From Lama guanicoe (Eukaryota), in contig MU053652.1 in NCBI GenBank assembly GCA_013239625.1, positions 3,957,902 to 4,021,901 on the forward strand: 64,000 nt of DNA. Direction: 5' to 3'. The position numbers were made by a program, and so were the translations under genes. Each line of letters begins with the position of its first letter. The first letter of the stretch is position 1. The notes beneath the pieces are model-generated. The model made no database searches, was not told the DNA's origin, and worked only from the letters and a program-made list of their open reading frames with translations. This document shows positions 62,801 to 64,000 of this stretch, piece after piece.

Positions 62801-63542
62801 CACGTGTAACATGGAGGCCTTTAATGTGAGATCACGTTTAGCCTACGCTAAAAATCCAGACAGAAGCAGCCCATCACTGAAAGAATGGGATTGCTTAACT
62901 AGCTCAGAAATATCTAAGCAGAGCTCCACTACAATGGATACAGGTGACACGTCCAGCCTTGCTCAGCTGGCCAGTTGTGTAAAGAGTTTTTCTTCAGACA
63001 TTGCTGATATTTTAATAAGGAGCCAGTATTAGGGGAAAGGGGCAAGATAGATGTAGACGAGAAAAGGAGAGATGGAATGCAAAAGAGATGGAAAGGGTGG
63101 CAGAAAGAAGGGGGCACACAAAGATATGGGTAAATACGGGAAGAGAAACAAAGGGGAAATGGGGAGAAGTGGAGAGAAAACAGATTTGAGAGTGCACACA
63201 CCAAAAAAAAGGGAATAAAGAAGGGTGAGCAAAAAAGAGCGACAGAATGGAAGAGTGGAGAGTACCACAGCCAAGGGAGAACTCACAGAAAGAAATGTGA
63301 AAGCAAACAAAGAGATATTTACCACTGGAGGATGGAGAGAAGAGGAAATGTGGAGAACCGTCTTTGTTCTATAGCCACTTGCTGAGAACAGAGGCTGCCA
63401 GGTGAGATCACAGGCACCTTCCCTCCCTTCTTGGCCCTCCTTCCGCTCTCCACAGACCCATCTATCGCATACCTGACAACTCGGCTGCGTGCCCATCTGC
63501 ATCTCCATACTCAAATTCCAGGGTGGGGCAGTCCACAGAGCC
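29572..63542 (-). CDS. STRIP2: Striatin-interacting protein 2 (FAM40B), STRIPAK component; coding exons 2-21, with exon 1 beyond the window's right end
   Basis: 20 exons with GT-AG boundaries sum to 2376 nt (791 codons + TGA) with consistent phases. The translation matches the STRIP2 protein as I recall it, from GSVDCPTLEFEYGD to QPICWEELLQNH*. Adjacency to SMKR1 matches the known AHCYL2-STRIP2-SMKR1-NRF1 synteny. Confidence 0.97.
30880..31580 (+). mobile_element. Old L1 (L1ME-type) 3' UTR fragments in STRIP2 intron 20
   Basis: aagcagacaaatccagaagg...gaacattttggggcaactggggaattctgaacatggac. Confidence 0.55.
31883..32087 (-). CDS. STRIP2: STRIP2 exon 20 (205 nt) MLVVFKSAPILKRALKVKQ...RMNDDWAYGN
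   Basis: gggcag|ATGCTG...GGAATG|gtgagt; ORF 31860..32087. Confidence 0.96.
32519..32656 (-). mobile_element. Short lineage-specific L1 3' tail with 13-bp TSD nested in an older L1
   Basis: tttattgaagcatagtcagtttacaatgttgtgtcaatttctggtgtacagc; tgcctcattcatt at 32506-32518 and 32657-32669. Confidence 0.8.
33079..33183 (-). CDS. STRIP2: STRIP2 exon 19 (105 nt) EAGDNNQFCWRNLFSCINLLRLLNKLTKWKHSRTM
   Basis: ttacag|GAAGCT...ACCATG|gtgagt. Confidence 0.95.
33803..35080. repeat. Exact 379-bp direct repeat (33803-34181 and 34702-35080) flanking the gap
   Basis: Both copies run ggaacaaaaataagagc...ctccttcctgt and each abuts the N run. Confidence 0.95.
34182..34701. other. Assembly gap (520 N)
   Basis: Run of N. 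Confidence 0.99.
39103..39187 (-). mobile_element. About 85-bp young L1 3' tail with 13-bp TSD nested in an older L1
   Basis: The reverse complement closely matches the 3' end of the 20630-20866 element; atgaacatttaaa at 39090-39102 and 39188-39200. Confidence 0.85.
41342..41408 (-). CDS. STRIP2: STRIP2 exon 18 (67 nt) SISVLDYPCCTIQDLPELTTESL
   Basis: ttgcag|CATCTC...AGTCTG|gtaagc. Confidence 0.95.
42870..43340. mobile_element. Old LTR (MaLR/ERVL-like) fragment
   Basis: ccagccacagttgattgatccaagggtggacatctaacc...aaattcccatcctgtgtgagccagg...gttgactgatacac. Confidence 0.45.
44000..44185 (+). mobile_element. MIR SINE
   Basis: aagcaagtcagttaacctctctgaa...tgaaatgggaataa...gaggagattaaatgaaataatg. 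Confidence 0.7.
44648..44748 (-). CDS. STRIP2: STRIP2 exon 17 (101 nt) FEYVSQHLVFANCIPLILKFFNQNILSYITAKN
   Basis: attcag|TTTGAA...AACAG|gtaggg. Confidence 0.95.
47265..47391 (-). CDS. STRIP2: STRIP2 exon 16 (127 nt) ITVLQSMKLGIDVNRHKEIIVKSISALLLLLLKHFKLNHIYQ
   Basis: ttgtag|CATCAC...TACCAG|gtgagc. Confidence 0.95.
47850..47947 (-). CDS. STRIP2: STRIP2 exon 15 (98 nt) IALLKILLAAAPTSKAKTDSINILADVLPEEMP
   Basis: tcccag|ATTGCG...ATGCC|gtgagt. Confidence 0.95.
48640..48714 (-). CDS. STRIP2: STRIP2 exon 14 (75 nt) GEEVVPETPCEILYQGMLYSLPQYM
   Basis: ccatag|GGGGAA...TACATG|gtaagg. Confidence 0.95.
48770..48955 (+). mobile_element. MIR SINE
   Basis: tgaccttgggtaagttactttccctctctgagacctagtttcctc. 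Confidence 0.7.
49720..51200 (+). mobile_element. L2 LINE fragment including degenerate RT region
   Basis: ORF 50205..50408 SATCDTADHPFLLE...SWISSHL resembles the L2/CR1 RT motif SAAFDTVDHxxLL...SWFSSYL; downstream taaatcagatcatgtcacacctctgtttaaaa is typical L2. Confidence 0.8.
51316..51387 (-). CDS. STRIP2: STRIP2 exon 13 (72 nt) HKYISIADVQIKNEEELEKCPMSL
   Basis: ccccag|CACAAG...TCTTTG|gtgagt. Confidence 0.96.
52169..52232 (-). CDS. STRIP2: STRIP2 exon 12 (64 nt) DTDTLVGLPRPIHESVKTLKQ
   Basis: tcacag|GGACAC...AAGCAG|gtgacc. Confidence 0.95.
52903..52968 (-). CDS. STRIP2: STRIP2 exon 11 (66 nt) QKDIEHFLEMSRNKFIGFTLGQ
   Basis: cctcag|ACAGAA...GGGCA|gtaagt. Confidence 0.95.
53227..53462 (-). 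CDS. STRIP2: STRIP2 exon 10 (236 nt) QLLTKQDSLDIYNERD...GLPWAPKVR
   Basis: ccccag|CAACTC...GTTAG|gtaggt; inside ORF 53223..53552. Confidence 0.96.
54660..54863 (-). CDS. STRIP2: STRIP2 exon 9 (204 nt) FTLGGFEHLQ...SKLRGRRGSRR
   Basis: cctcag|TTTACC...CGAAGG|gtatgg. Confidence 0.96.
55795..55922 (-). CDS. STRIP2: STRIP2 exon 8 (128 nt) [43 protein letters not shown]
   Basis: ccccag|GCTTCT...GTCATG|gtgagt; inside ORF 55783..56109. Confidence 0.96.
56600..56706 (-). CDS. STRIP2: STRIP2 exon 7 (107 nt) VLLSVMYLMVENIRLERETDSCGWRTARETFRTEL
   Basis: ccccag|GGTGCT...AATTGA|gtaaga. Confidence 0.95.
56904..56972 (-). CDS. STRIP2: STRIP2 exon 6 (69 nt) DNSQACSSALRKPAISIADSTELR
   Basis: atggcag|CAACAG...CTCCG|gtgagt. 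Confidence 0.95.
57758..57878 (-). CDS. STRIP2: STRIP2 exon 5 (121 nt) GTFGECDSEVDVLHWSRYNCFLLYQMGTFSAFLELLHMEI
   Basis: ctttag|GCACTT...ATCGA|gtgaga; inside ORF 57754..58089. Confidence 0.96.
58095..58500. mobile_element. Old LTR (MaLR/ERVL-type)
   Basis: tgtcttaagtttgagttccctgagaagc...gtgcaagtagtttatttgggagttgatcccag. Confidence 0.6.
59206..59340 (-). CDS. STRIP2: STRIP2 exon 4 (135 nt) VEGKEWLELEEDAQKAYVMGLLDRLEVVSRERRLKVARAVLYLAQ
   Basis: ccccag|TGGAGG...CCCAAG|gtgagt; inside ORF 59180..59419. Confidence 0.96.
60345..60419 (-). CDS. STRIP2: STRIP2 exon 3 (75 nt) ELYSYTENLEFTTNRRCFEEDFKTQ
   Basis: gtcacag|AATTGT...CCCAAG|gtgatc. Confidence 0.95.
61110..61143. repeat. (CA)n microsatellite
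   Basis: Near-perfect AC run with one TA interruption. Confidence 0.9.
61520..62610 (-). mobile_element. Old L1 (L1ME/MC-type) fragments with embedded (CT)n
   Basis: ttgtttccaattgttcacaatggcagcaataaacatctttg...tgaatatcttttcatatatttattaaccat. Confidence 0.65.
63473..63542 (-). CDS. STRIP2: STRIP2 exon 2 (70 nt) GSVDCPTLEFEYGDADGHAAELS
   Basis: cattacag|GGCTCT...TTGTCAG|gtatgc. Confidence 0.95.
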
Positions 63543-64000
63543 CTGTAATGGAGAAATCTTTGTGGTAACTTGGGAAAAGGGTGGAGATTACACTCTCATT
63601 TCATCCTCTTCCTCTCCTGGAAGCCACGGTTAGATCAAGGAGGCAACTAGGAGAGTCTCACCTGGGCTTTTCATTCAAGAAGTACCCTCCTCCAAGCCAA
63701 AATTAGAGGCTCAGTGCAGGACCAGGCTGAAGATTCCTACATAGAATCAGAAACTCTGGGTAAAGGGCCAGGATCATAAACAGATATGAAAGCTGCAATC
63801 TGTGCCTGTATGAGATCTACATAAACATGGATTAGAAGAACATCTAGCTGATTTCTAGAAAAACAAGATGGACAGAAACAAAAGAGGCAAACTAGATTGT
63901 GACCTAAGCTCTGTTATTAACTCACTGTATGATTTTGTATGATCTATTCTGTGGATCACAATTCCTCATCCATAAAAAAGAGGTCTTCAGCTCTAATGTT

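Noticed and set aside
1..64000. CRISPR arrays, operons or prokaryotic defence systems
   Set aside because: The sequence is intron-rich mammalian DNA; no regularly spaced repeat-spacer array or dense ORF organisation was seen.

Overview
This is mammalian genomic DNA, probably camelid. That call rests on an Ala-tRNA-derived SINE and young L1 3' tails, and I saw no Alu, B1, Bov-A or PRE-1 elements. Two protein-coding genes lie on the minus strand. STRIP2 (FAM40B) coding exons 2-21 span 63542 to 29572 (2376 nt, intact frame, all introns GT-AG), with exon 1 beyond the right edge and a 3'UTR reaching about 27410. SMKR1 encodes a 65-aa lysine-rich protein: its ATG alone ends an exon at 17033-17031, the rest is at 11942-11748, and it has a CpG-island promoter at about 17110-17790. 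The remainder is introns and intergenic DNA rich in L1, L2, MIR, MaLR LTRs and hAT/Tc2 DNA transposon fossils. A 520-N gap is flanked by an exact 379-bp duplication, which is probably an assembly artefact. There is no CRISPR or prokaryotic system. The most interesting unexplained signals are (1) a decayed Ig V-set-like coding relic between STRIP2 and SMKR1 (26048-25617), (2) a stop-free, in-phase candidate exon in STRIP2 intron 18, (3) an intronic poly(A) short STRIP2 isoform, and (4) the SMKR1 5' architecture (75-nt intron, overlapping uORF, RFX/FOX motifs). Repeat family names and boundaries come from recognition by eye and are approximate.
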